Source of the DNA: Candidatus Methylomirabilota bacterium
GTDB taxonomy: Bacteria; Methylomirabilota; Methylomirabilia; Rokubacteriales; CSP1-6
Assembly: GCA_035455085.1 (NCBI GenBank)
Contig: DATIFV010000163.1
Span: 1 to 48,806 of the forward strand
Direction: 5' to 3'
Length of the DNA stretch: 48,806 nucleotides
Of the stretch, positions 9,002 to 17,599 are shown in pieces. The first letter of the stretch is position 1. The number at the start of each line of letters is the position of its first letter. The notes beneath the pieces were generated by a model, which saw only the letters and a program-made list of their open reading frames with translations, searched no databases and had not been told where the DNA came from. A program made the translations under genes and the position numbers.

Positions 9002-10662
9002 CGGCCCGCCTCCTCTCGCTCCGGCGCGGACCGGCCCAGGTCGCGCTGGAAGTCGCCCACGTCGCGGAGGAGGCGGCCGACCTCGACCGGCGAGTACCAG
9101 CGCGCCCGCAGGCGTCCCTCCGGCGCGGCCTTCAGCGCGGGGAGACGCCGGCCGGTCAGCCGCTCGGCCAGCCACTGGCTGCCCTCGCGGAACGGGCAGT
9201 CCTCGGGAATGCAGCCGGCCACGAAGACGCCGGCGGCCCCGGCCTCTATCGTCTTCGTGATCATGTCCGGGTGGAGCATCCCGACGCAGGGGAGCCCCAT
9301 CACGGTGACGCCGGGCAGCGCGGCCAGCGTGCCGTCGGCGGCGAGCCGACCCGCGAGGCTCCGCATCATGCGGCAGGTGTAGACGAGCACGGGCGCCCGA
9401 CCTTCGCGGGCGCTCACGCCGCGCAGCCGGGCGGTCACCGCCTGGCCCAGCAGGCTCACCGGCTGATCCCCCAGCAGGATCCCGGCCGAATCGCAGGCGC
9501 CGACGCAGATGCCGCACCCCACGCACTTGGCGGGGTTCACCACCGCCACCTGCTTGTAGCGGGTGCCGTCGTGCCGCGGCACCATCACGATGGCCTCGTA
9601 GGGGCAGTCCTTCCAGCATCGCGTGCAGCCGGTGCACGCGATGTTCTCGACCCGGGCCCGCGCCGGTGCCGGCCCGCGCAGGACCCACGGCACCACGAGC
9701 GCGGCCGCCCCGCCGATCAGGAGCAGACCCCAGCCCCACCGGGGGTCCAGGCGCGTGAGCGGGAAGTAGAAGAAGTAGAACCAGTCGATGGGGATCGTCC
9801 CGGGCAGGCGCCCCAGGTCCGCCGGGGGGCCCGAGAGCGCCGGCCGCAGCACGCTCGCGATCAGCAGGGCGGCGCCGGTCACCGCGAGGACGATCCGCGG
9901 CGGCATGAAGCGCGCCCGGGAGAGGCGCATCACGTGCAGCCAGTAGGCCGCCCCGAGCAGCAGGGGGATCGTGACGTGGATGAAGAGCACGAGGAAGAAG
10001 AGGAAGTTCTGGATGCGCCCGGCGTCGAGGAAGGTGCGGACCAGCGGCTCGCCGAACACCGGCAGCACGTCGAGCAGCTTGGCGATGGTGACCGAGAGCA
10101 CCTGCGCCTGCATGTCCCAGACCAGCCAGTAGCCGGTGGCGCTCGTCACCCAGACGAGGCCGAGCAGGGTGAGCCCCGACACCCAGCCGATCCAGCGCGC
10201 TCCCCAGAACCGGTCGTTCAGGAACATCTTGAGGCCGTGCAGCGCGGCGGCCACGATCGCCGCGTCCGAGGCGTAGCGGTGGAGCGAGCGCATGAGGGCG
10301 CCGATGCCCCACGGCTGCGCCATGATCTCCTCGATGGAGCGGTGCGCCTCCTCGGTGCCCACGCGATAGAAGAGGAAGAGGTAGATGCCGGTCACCAGGG
10401 CCACCGCCAGCGAGAACACCGCGATGGTGCCGGTGTGGTAGAGCGGGTTGAGGGGCGCCGATACCAGCCGGTCGAGCAGCGCCTCGATCCACTGGTAGGC
10501 CGCTCCGGCCCGGAGGAGCGCGCGCCGGTGCAGGCGCTCGCGCGGGCCCGTGACCGGGAAGACGGGCGGGAGCGCGGCGACCGGCCCGAGCGGGAACGGC
10601 GGCGGCACCCCCGGCGAGCCGGACTGCACGCCGCTCGGCCCGTCGAGGACAGGGTCGTGCAC
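8998..10662 (-). CDS. fusion protein: di-haem cytochrome b (N-terminal domain) + 2x[4Fe-4S] ferredoxin + MvhD/FlpD-like domain
   Basis: The GTG at 10662 follows the Sco stop by 2 nt. Two His pairs are each separated by 13 residues (SLHRYASDAAIVAAALH; FIHVTIPLLLGAAYWLH). These are followed by CTGCTRCWKDCP and CVGCGICVGACD, then GLPCVGM...VAGCIPEDCPF. The exact start is uncertain. Confidence 0.8.
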   Translation of the reverse strand: MHDPVLDGPSGVQSGSPGVPPPFPLGPVAALPPVFPVTGPRERLHRRALLRAGAAYQWIEALLDRLVSAPLNPLYHTGTIAVFSLAVALVTGIYLFLFYRVGTEEAHRSIEEIMAQPWGIGALMRSLHRYASDAAIVAAALHGLKMFLNDRFWGARWIGWVSGLTLLGLVWVTSATGYWLVWDMQAQVLSVTIAKLLDVLPVFGEPLVRTFLDAGRIQNFLFFLVLFIHVTIPLLLGAAYWLHVMRLSRARFMPPRIVLAVTGAALLIASVLRPALSGPPADLGRLPGTIPIDWFYFFYFPLTRLDPRWGWGLLLIGGAAALVVPWVLRGPAPARARVENIACTGCTRCWKDCPYEAIVMVPRHDGTRYKQVAVVNPAKCVGCGICVGACDSAGILLGDQPVSLLGQAVTARLRGVSAREGRAPVLVYTCRMMRSLAGRLAADGTLAALPGVTVMGLPCVGMLHPDMITKTIEAGAAGVFVAGCIPEDCPFREGSQWLAERLTGRRLPALKAAPEGRLRARWYSPVEVGRLLRDVGDFQRDLGRSAPEREEAGR

Positions 10663-10664
10663 GC

Positions 10665-11561
10665 CTACCCCCGCTCCGCGAGCAGGCGCCCGAGTTCCTC
10701 GGCCTGGCGCTCCTCGGGATGGGCGAGGCCCCGATAGGTGAAGGCCAGGCGGCCGGCCCGATCGATGAAGGCCACGACGTTCTCGTGGGCGATCTCGCCG
10801 TCCGGCAGGGGCGCCCACTGCACCCGGTAGTCGCGGACGACCCGCCTCACCGTCGCGGGGTCGCCGCTCAGCAGATGCCAGCGCGGCCCGAGACCCCAGT
10901 GGGCGGCCGCCGCGGCCAGGGCGGCCGGCGTGTCCCGCTCTGGGTCGAGGCTCACCACCACGAAGGCGACCTCCGCCCGGGGCCGGCGGGCCTCGAGGGC
11001 CTTCAGGCGCTCGATCAGGAGCGGGCAGGAGGCGTGACAGCTCGCGTACGCGAACGTGAGCACCACCGGCCGGCCCCGGAAGCTCGCGAGCGAGACCGGC
11101 TGACCGCGATGGTCGACCAGACGGAGCTCCGGCGCCGGGGCCCCCTGGCGCAGCGGCGGCGGGAGCGTCGCCGGCGTGTAGCCCGTGCCGGAGGCCGAGA
11201 TCTCGCTGGTGGCGAGCAGCGAGGCGGCGAGGGCCATGAAGAGCAGCGGGGCCCCGATCGCGGCGAGCCGTCCCCCGCGCGCGCGGAGGAAGGCGCGCAG
11301 GTCGTCGCGATAGAACACGTACACCACCAGGGCGAAGAGGGGCGGCTGGAGCAGGGTCAGCAGGAGCGCGTCGAGACGGTAGTGCCGGGTCTCGGCGTTC
11401 CAGCCGAAGCATACGGTCAGGAGGGTATCGATCCACGGCGAGGATCCGCCCGCGAGCCCGGGGCCCAGCAGCAGGAAGGCGACGGTCCCGGCCCCCAGTC
11501 CGAAGATGGCCAGCACGAGGGCGGGCGCGAAGAGCCGGTGGGTCAGCAGGCCCGTCACCAT
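10665..11561 (-). CDS. SCO1/SenC copper chaperone with polytopic N-terminal membrane extension
   Basis: The ATG at 11561 overlaps the ctaB stop by 7 nt. Thioredoxin-fold motif FAYASCHASCP (CxxxC) plus a downstream His (IAHENV). About 120 N-terminal residues carry 3-4 hydrophobic segments. Confidence 0.8.
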   Translation of the reverse strand: MVTGLLTHRLFAPALVLAIFGLGAGTVAFLLLGPGLAGGSSPWIDTLLTVCFGWNAETRHYRLDALLLTLLQPPLFALVVYVFYRDDLRAFLRARGGRLAAIGAPLLFMALAASLLATSEISASGTGYTPATLPPPLRQGAPAPELRLVDHRGQPVSLASFRGRPVVLTFAYASCHASCPLLIERLKALEARRPRAEVAFVVVSLDPERDTPAALAAAAAHWGLGPRWHLLSGDPATVRRVVRDYRVQWAPLPDGEIAHENVVAFIDRAGRLAFTYRGLAHPEERQAEELGRLLAERG

Positions 11562-12424
11562 CTCCGGAGCCCCGCGTCCAGCACCACCCCCAGGAAGAGC
11601 AGCAGCAGGAACAGGTTCGAGGCGTGGAAGTTGGCCAGCGCGAGCCGCCGGTCCGTCGGCCGGCGGAGCAGCTCGAGGTTGCGGGCGAGGAGCAGGCCCC
11701 CGCCCGTCACCACGCCGACGAGCAGGTAGGGCCAGCCCAGCAGCCCCATCGCGAAGGGCAGCACGCTCGAGGCGAGCAGGCCCACCGTGTTCAGCAGGAT
11801 GCTGCGCGCGGTGCGGGCCTCGCCCTTCACCGCGGGCAGCATCGGGATCCGCGCGCCCGCGTAGTCGCTCTTGTAGGCAATGGCGAGCGACCAGAAGTGC
11901 GACGGGCTCCAGAAGAAGAGCACCGCCGCGAAGATGACCGGCGGCAGGCACAGCTCGGGACGGGCCAGCGCCCCGCCCGCGAGTACCGCGAAGGAGCCGG
12001 CGAGGCCCCCGATGACCACGTTGAGCCACGAGCGGCGCTTGAGCCAGATCGTGTAGATCACCACGTAGGTGAAGGCGCCGAGGAAGAGGTGCAGGGCCAC
12101 CAGGCGGTTCAGCCGCCACAGGGCCACGCTCACCGCGAGCGCGACGAGGCCGAGCCCCAGCGCCACGACGTGCCAGCCGTGGCGGATCTTTCCCGAGGGC
12201 AGGGGGCGCCGCGCGGTCCGGGGCATCCGGGCATCGAGATCGCGGTCGAGGAAGTGGTTGAGAGCCCCCGCGCCACCCGCCGCCATCACGGTCACCGCGA
12301 AGAGCAGCCCGAGCGACGGCAGCGACAGCCCCGCGGGCGCGGTGGCCAAGTAGCCCAGCACCGCGGCCATGCCGATGAAGGTTCCGACCCGGAGCTTGAG
12401 CGACTCGACGTAGGCGATGATCAT
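11555..12424 (-). CDS. ctaB: protohaem IX farnesyltransferase (haem O synthase)
   Basis: ATGA overlap with the upstream gene. UbiA-family motif NHFLDRDLDARMPRTARRPLPSG. 289 aa and polytopic. Confidence 0.9.
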   Translation of the reverse strand: MIIAYVESLKLRVGTFIGMAAVLGYLATAPAGLSLPSLGLLFAVTVMAAGGAGALNHFLDRDLDARMPRTARRPLPSGKIRHGWHVVALGLGLVALAVSVALWRLNRLVALHLFLGAFTYVVIYTIWLKRRSWLNVVIGGLAGSFAVLAGGALARPELCLPPVIFAAVLFFWSPSHFWSLAIAYKSDYAGARIPMLPAVKGEARTARSILLNTVGLLASSVLPFAMGLLGWPYLLVGVVTGGGLLLARNLELLRRPTDRRLALANFHASNLFLLLLFLGVVLDAGLRRW

Positions 12425-13848
12425 CGCGCACCTCCCCGTCGCAGGAGCGGGAGGCCCATGTTGATCACGAAGGCGAGCCCGCCCACGATGGCCAGCACCG
12501 AGCCCGCGCCCATCAGGTTCATCCCGATGAGCGCCTGCGCGTTGGCCCAGCTGAAGCCGAAGGTCTTGCGCGGCGCCCCGTGGCCGCCCGCCCAGTGCAT
12601 GCCGGCCATGATGCCGAGCAGCCCCAGCCCGTAGAGGTACGGCTGCCAGCGCGCCCAGCGCTCGCTCAGCGGGTGCCGGCCGGTCAGGCCCAGCAGCAGA
12701 GGGGTCAGGGCCATGTAGGAGAGGGTCACCGCGCCCACCATGCCGTGGTAGTGGGCGGGTACCCGCGTGTCCTGGGTGAAGCCGATGAGGCCCATCACGC
12801 CGCCGATCGCGAAGAGCGCGAACGAGACCACGGTGCCGCCGAAGAGGGGGCTGCCCCACGGCAGCGGCCGGGGCGCGGCGGCCACCACCGCCACCGCCAT
12901 GAAGAGCAGGGGCACCGCGCCCGCTCCGAGCCCGCCGAACGTCAGGATGGTGATCAGGTGATTGACGAGCAGCTCCTCGGGGCGCCACAGGAGATAGGCC
13001 GCGCCGGAGGCGACCGCGAACGGCGCCAGGATGGCCAGCAGCAGGCGCACGACGCGCCGGGCCGACGGGGCCATCCCGAGCGCCACCGCGAGCGCCACCA
13101 GCCAGCCCGTGGCCATGCCGGCCACGTGGAGGAACTGGAGCACGTGGCCGCCGCCCCAGACCACCGCCCGGAGCGTGTAGCCGAACGGCACCGCAGGGTC
13201 CGCGGCCGCGGCCGCGCGCATGAAGGCCGCGGCGGCCACGAGGACGGCGAGCGCCGCCACCGCCATCGCGAGGCCCTCGGGCGATTCGACCGCCACTCGC
13301 CCGCGCTCGCGCCGCAAGAGCACCGCCGCGGCTCCGCCCAGGTAGGCGGCGGCCTGGATGCCGACGCCGGCCCCGAGCAGGACGAGGCCGGTCCAGAAGA
13401 ACGGATGGTCGATCACCGGCAGGTAATCGTTCAGGTACGGCTGGCCCGAGGCGAGGAAGGCGGGCACCGCCATGGCCGCCGACCCGACCACCGACAGCCC
13501 GAGGGCGGCCCACGAGGCGGGGGCGCTCAGCGGATAGCCCGAGCGCCAGGCCACGTACACCCAGAGCACGCCCGCGAAGGCGACGAACCAGACCGTGAAG
13601 GCGAACGTCACGTGCGAGGTGAGCGCGAGACGGAACTGGGCGGCGTCGAAGAGGGTGTGGACCACCGGGGTGCGGGCGAAGGCGGCCAGCATGGCGAAGA
13701 AGCCCGCCACCACCAGCGAGCCCAGCGCCAGCCCGAGCCAGCCCACGATCAGGCGGCGCACGGGGCTCGGTACCGGCGAGGCCGGGTCGGCGCGCCGGCC
13801 GCGGTCGCGCGGCCGGCGATCGAGGAGGAAGGTCGCGTCGGGATTCAT
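12421..13848 (-). CDS. degenerate haem-copper oxidase subunit-I-like membrane protein (CuB His pair absent)
   Basis: 475 aa, starting 10 nt after the subunit I stop with a GGGGGTG RBS. Aligns by eye to the adjacent subunit I: the helix II His (TSHVTFAF), helix VI His (WGGGHVLQF) and helix X AHYHGMVGAV are retained. HHLLVDPQL of subunit I corresponds to AYLLWRPEEL here. Confidence 0.7.
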   Translation of the reverse strand: MNPDATFLLDRRPRDRGRRADPASPVPSPVRRLIVGWLGLALGSLVVAGFFAMLAAFARTPVVHTLFDAAQFRLALTSHVTFAFTVWFVAFAGVLWVYVAWRSGYPLSAPASWAALGLSVVGSAAMAVPAFLASGQPYLNDYLPVIDHPFFWTGLVLLGAGVGIQAAAYLGGAAAVLLRRERGRVAVESPEGLAMAVAALAVLVAAAAFMRAAAAADPAVPFGYTLRAVVWGGGHVLQFLHVAGMATGWLVALAVALGMAPSARRVVRLLLAILAPFAVASGAAYLLWRPEELLVNHLITILTFGGLGAGAVPLLFMAVAVVAAAPRPLPWGSPLFGGTVVSFALFAIGGVMGLIGFTQDTRVPAHYHGMVGAVTLSYMALTPLLLGLTGRHPLSERWARWQPYLYGLGLLGIMAGMHWAGGHGAPRKTFGFSWANAQALIGMNLMGAGSVLAIVGGLAFVINMGLPLLRRGGAR

Positions 13849-13858
13849 TGCGCACCCC

Positions 13859-15532
13859 CTACTTGATGATCCAGATGGCGGCCAGCCATTTCCAGTTGAG
13901 GAAGTAGTAGATGACGAAGGACGCCAGGAACACGAAGACGAGCACGAGGGTCCCCTTGATGGGCACGTGCTGCCCGCGGTCCTGGGGCAGCGCGGCCAGC
14001 GGCACCGCGCCCGCGGTGTCCGGCACCCGCCGCCCGAAGAGCACCGAGCCCACCGTGATCACCACGTAGAGGGCGCCGCCGGCCAGCGCGAAGAGCCCGC
14101 CCACGCCCATGATGCCGAGGAAGGCGAAGGCGGCCGCTTCCACCGGCGGCTGGAAGATCGACGAGGTGAACTGCACGTCCCAGTGCCGCCGCGGGATCGC
14201 GTAGGACCCGGCGGTGGTCATGCCGCCGATGAAGATGGTCATGCCGATGGCGAAGAGGTAGATCTGGGTCGTGGCGAGCTTCACCGAGATCAGATGCCGC
14301 CGGAAGATGAGCGGCACCACGTAGTACGTGAGTCCCATGAACGCGATGGTGGTGCCGGCGACCACGGTGGCGTGGAAGTGGCCGGTGATGCGCAGCGTGT
14401 TGTGGGAGATGATGTTGACCTGCTCGGCGCCGAAGGTGACGCCGGTGATGCCGCCGATGAAGCCGAAGAGCACCAGCGACAGGGCCAGCGCCGCGAAGCC
14501 CGGATTGCCCCACGGGGCCTTGGCCAGCCACTCGAAGAGCCCCTTGGTGAGCCCCTTCTTCCGCTGTGCGACCTCCACCGACGCGGGCACCGTCATCCCG
14601 TGGACCATGCTCGCGAGCACGGCCAGGTACATGCCGTAGCTGGTGTTCCAGATCTTCCACGCCGGCGAGAGCTGGGGATCCACGAGCAGATGGTGGGCGG
14701 AGGCCAGGTTGATGAAGAGGATGTAGAGGAGGAAGGCGGATCGGCAGACCTTCTCGTTCACCGGGGTCGCCCCCACCGTGAGGGTGGCCAGGAGGTACCA
14801 GATCGTGACCATGGCGCTCACGTTGATCTGCTGGGAGCTGTGCCCGAGGCCCCACCAGACCAGGCGGTAGATGCCGGGATCGATGGTCTGGATGATCCCC
14901 AGCGACCAGAGCCACGTGGGGACATAAATGATGGCCCCGTGGGCCAGGGTGACCACCGCGATGATGCCCGCGGTGGCGGCCCCGAAGGTCACCAGCGGGA
15001 TCGAGCCCTCGTACGTCCGCTCGGCCCGCGCGACCACCAGGCTCGCGAAGAAGTTGCAGACGCCGACGAGGGCGCCGACCGCGAACAGGATCCAGCCCAG
15101 GTAGAAGTAGGACACCGCCTGGAGGGGGGCGTAGGAGGTCATCATCACGTCGGCGCGGCCCGCGAGGATCGCGACGTCGATGAGCACCGAGCCTGCCACC
15201 ATGAGCGCGAACCCGAGCCAGCCCACCCGCGGCCAGGCGAGGCGGCTTCCCAGCACGATGGGCCCGGCAAAGTAGAGCACCGCGATCTCGAAGAAGATGA
15301 TCCAGAAGATCAGCATGTTGATGCCGTGGAAGGTCAGCGCTCGGTAGAAGCTCGTCGGGTCCAGCAGGTGGACGGCGGGCCAGCGGGTCAGCAGCACGAG
15401 AATTGCCGCGATGCCGCCGAAGAGGATGGAGAACACGCCGGCCACCGCGTGGACCTTGATGAGGCGCTCGGCGTGGTTGTGGACTCGGAGGCCGGTCTGG
15501 GCGCACGTTCTGAAGACGGCTTCGGTTGCCAT
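13859..15532 (-). CDS. haem-copper oxidase superfamily subunit I, B-family (ba3)-like, lacking the cross-linked Tyr
   Basis: 557 aa. AGGAGG RBS overlaps the subunit II stop. Metal ligands: LTFHGINML, WWGLGHSSQQ, ASAHHLLVDP, ITGHFHATV. Collinear with my recollection of Thermus CbaA, including LFEWLAKAPWGNPGF. Confidence 0.9.
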   Translation of the reverse strand: MATEAVFRTCAQTGLRVHNHAERLIKVHAVAGVFSILFGGIAAILVLLTRWPAVHLLDPTSFYRALTFHGINMLIFWIIFFEIAVLYFAGPIVLGSRLAWPRVGWLGFALMVAGSVLIDVAILAGRADVMMTSYAPLQAVSYFYLGWILFAVGALVGVCNFFASLVVARAERTYEGSIPLVTFGAATAGIIAVVTLAHGAIIYVPTWLWSLGIIQTIDPGIYRLVWWGLGHSSQQINVSAMVTIWYLLATLTVGATPVNEKVCRSAFLLYILFINLASAHHLLVDPQLSPAWKIWNTSYGMYLAVLASMVHGMTVPASVEVAQRKKGLTKGLFEWLAKAPWGNPGFAALALSLVLFGFIGGITGVTFGAEQVNIISHNTLRITGHFHATVVAGTTIAFMGLTYYVVPLIFRRHLISVKLATTQIYLFAIGMTIFIGGMTTAGSYAIPRRHWDVQFTSSIFQPPVEAAAFAFLGIMGVGGLFALAGGALYVVITVGSVLFGRRVPDTAGAVPLAALPQDRGQHVPIKGTLVLVFVFLASFVIYYFLNWKWLAAIWIIK

Positions 15533-15541
15533 GGGGGCCTC

Positions 15542-16069
15542 CTACTCGACCGTGATCTTGCCCACCATCTGGTGGTGCCCGATCCCGCAGAACTCGTTGC
15601 AGACCACGAAGACCTCGCCGCTCGTCGTCGGGGTGATGGTGAGCACGTACTCGTAGCCGGGCAGGACCATGAAGTTGAGGTTCAGGGGGAAGAGCGAGAA
15701 GCCGTGGACGAGGTCCATGGAGGACAGGTGCAGGCGGTAGGTCTCGCCCTTCTTGAGCTTGAGTGCCGGGTACCACTGCCAGAGCCTCCCCAGCATGTAG
15801 ACGTCCTGCGCGGGATCGGGGGCGATCACCGGCAGCCCCTTCTCTTCCCCGACCTTCGGTCCGGACTCGACGAAGGCCTCCACCTTCTCCATGTACTGCG
15901 CCGGGGTGGTCCGGTAGGTCTCGAAGGACGGGTTCTGGCCGCCCTTGAGATGCCAGAGCGGCATCATCGCGAAGAGGATGAGGCACCACAGGAGCGCGAT
16001 CGCGAGCCAGATCTTCTCGCTCGCGTCGACTTTCTTCCACCACACGCCCTTGAGAGTCTGCAGGCTCAT
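15542..16069 (-). CDS. haem-copper oxidase subunit II, short single-TM cupredoxin with complete CuA site
   Basis: 175 aa. DLVHGFSL plus CNEFCGIGHHQM (C-x3-C-x3-H-x2-M). No cytochrome c domain. Confidence 0.9.
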   Translation of the reverse strand: MSLQTLKGVWWKKVDASEKIWLAIALLWCLILFAMMPLWHLKGGQNPSFETYRTTPAQYMEKVEAFVESGPKVGEEKGLPVIAPDPAQDVYMLGRLWQWYPALKLKKGETYRLHLSSMDLVHGFSLFPLNLNFMVLPGYEYVLTITPTTSGEVFVVCNEFCGIGHHQMVGKITVE

Positions 16070-16078
16070 GGCGGTCTC

Positions 16079-16240
16079 CTACCTCGCAACCGGGATGGTG
16101 GCGATCTCGAACAGGCCCCAGATCGTGTAGAAGACCACCGGGACCGTGAGCCCGAGCACCAGCAGCAGGAAGATGTTGTCGAAGAACACCTGGGCCAGCG
16201 GCACCCGGTCGTCGTCCTTGGCGGTCTCTTTGTCGGCCAT
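16079..16240 (-). CDS. 53-aa single-TM protein, putative oxidase subunit IIa-like; not in ORF track
   Basis: ATG at 16240 preceded by GGAGGGG. MADKETAKDDDRVPLAQVFFDNIFLLLVLGLTVPVVFYTIWGLFEIATIPVAR. The stop lies 9 nt before the subunit II ATG. Confidence 0.6.
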   Translation of the reverse strand: MADKETAKDDDRVPLAQVFFDNIFLLLVLGLTVPVVFYTIWGLFEIATIPVAR

Positions 16241-16317
16241 GGCCTACCCCTCCAGTCGGCACGTGTGAAGGCTGCTGGTCGTGTGGACCGAGCGTAGAGC
16301 GCGGGGCGATCGGCGGC

Positions 16318-16335
16318 CTATGACCTGGGTCATAG
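16318..16335. promoter_or_regulatory. 18-bp palindrome CTATGACCTGGGTCATAG, putative Crp/Fnr-type operator of the oxidase operon
   Basis: Perfect 8+2+8 palindrome. Its centre is ~86 nt upstream of the ATG at 16240. TACGCT (TAnnnT) lies 21 nt downstream on the - strand, a class-II-like geometry. Confidence 0.6.
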
Positions 16336-16340
16336 AGGGG

Positions 16341-16392
16341 CAAGAAACCCTCTCCTCCGCGAGGGGGAGAGGGCGGGGTGAGGGGGAGGGGG
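16341..16392. repeat. REP-like element copy A: hairpin CCCTCTCCTCC-GCGA-GGGGGAGAGGG followed by CGGGGTGAGGGGGAGGGGG
   Basis: Read directly. On the - strand the hairpin is followed by TTTCTTG, so it probably also terminates nirK. Confidence 0.7.
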
Positions 16393-16413
16393 CGTCCGCC
16401 CGGGGCTGCGGTC

Positions 16414-17478
16414 CTAGTGCCCGCCCGTCCCGTGGGTGCCCGGCACCAGCGTCCGGAAGATGCCGGGCTGCTCGGCGCCCGCCACCTCCAGGACCCCGAG
16501 GGCGCCCTTCTCCATCGCCCGCACGATGCTGTGGTCCACGAGCAGGAAGCGCCCCGGCACCTGCACCGTCATCTCCACGATGGCCGCGCCGCCCGCCGGG
16601 ATCAGGGTGGTCTGCACGTTCTGGGCCGGAGCGCCGGCGCCCAGCGCGCCCTCGGTGTAGACGTGGTCGAAGATCTCGCCGATCACGTGGAAGGAGGAGA
16701 TGAGGTTGGGCCCGCCGTTGCCCACGAAGAGCCGGACCTGCTCGCCGACCTTCGCGTGGATCGCCCCCTCGCCCGCGAGCGCGCCCATCTTGCCGTTGAA
16801 CACCACGTACTCGGGCCGCTCCGCGGTCAGCTTGGCCGGATCGAGCGGCTGGAGCCCCGGCGCGAGCGTCCTGCCCTTGGTATAGAACTCGCCCTGCATG
16901 ACGTAGTACTCGCGGTCCACGCGGGGCAGCCCCTTCTCGGGCTCGACGAGGATCAGCCCGTACATGCCGTTGGCGATGTGCGCGGGCACGCTCGGGGTCG
17001 CGCAGTGATAGACGTAGAGCCCGGGGTTCAGCGCCTTGAACTCGAAGGCGCCTTCCTGGCCCGGCCCCAGCTGGGTCACCGCCGCGCCGCCGCCCGGCCC
17101 GGTCACCGCGTGCAGGTCGATCGAGTGCGGGTGCATGCTCTTCTCCGCGTTCCTGAGGCGGATCTGCACGACGTCACCCACGCGCACCCGGACGAAGGGA
17201 CCCGGCACCGTGCCGCCGAAGGTCCAGAACGTGTACCGCACGCCGTCGGCGAGGGTGCCCGTGACCTCGGTGGTCTCGAGATCGACGATCACCTTCGCGT
17301 TGCCGGGGCGGTCCACCGGCGGCGGCACGAGCGGGGCCGAGGTGAGGATGGCCTTCACTTCCGGGAGCGCGGCGGGCTCGGCGGCCTTGTCGCGGGCCTG
17401 GCTCTGCCAGATCATCGCGCCCGCCACCAGCAGCCCGGCCGTTGCCAGCGTCGTCATCGTGGTCAACCCCCGTCTCAT
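16414..17478 (-). CDS. nirK: copper-containing nitrite reductase
   Basis: 354 aa with a signal-like N-terminus. Type-2 Cu motif [14 protein letters not shown] and type-1 Cu motif [29 protein letters not shown]. Confidence 0.92.
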   Translation of the reverse strand: MRRGLTTMTTLATAGLLVAGAMIWQSQARDKAAEPAALPEVKAILTSAPLVPPPVDRPGNAKVIVDLETTEVTGTLADGVRYTFWTFGGTVPGPFVRVRVGDVVQIRLRNAEKSMHPHSIDLHAVTGPGGGAAVTQLGPGQEGAFEFKALNPGLYVYHCATPSVPAHIANGMYGLILVEPEKGLPRVDREYYVMQGEFYTKGRTLAPGLQPLDPAKLTAERPEYVVFNGKMGALAGEGAIHAKVGEQVRLFVGNGGPNLISSFHVIGEIFDHVYTEGALGAGAPAQNVQTTLIPAGGAAIVEMTVQVPGRFLLVDHSIVRAMEKGALGVLEVAGAEQPGIFRTLVPGTHGTGGH

Positions 17479-17599
17479 CGCTCGCCTCCTGGTAGTCTGT
17501 TTGCCTTACTCGCCCTGGTGTGCAAGGCCGGTGCCCGAGAGACCCTGCCCCCGGTCGCTGCGCTATATCAACAGGATGGGCCCGGATGCCGGCGGGCAA

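Noticed and set aside
17558-17571. CTGCGCTATATCAA in the nirK upstream region, read as an Fnr/NnrR-type box (TTGNN-N4-NNCAA).
   Set aside because: Only one half-site (ATCAA) is good. The sequence overlaps the region where the -10 element or transcript start is expected downstream of the much better CTATGAC-type palindrome. Kept only as a weak possibility.
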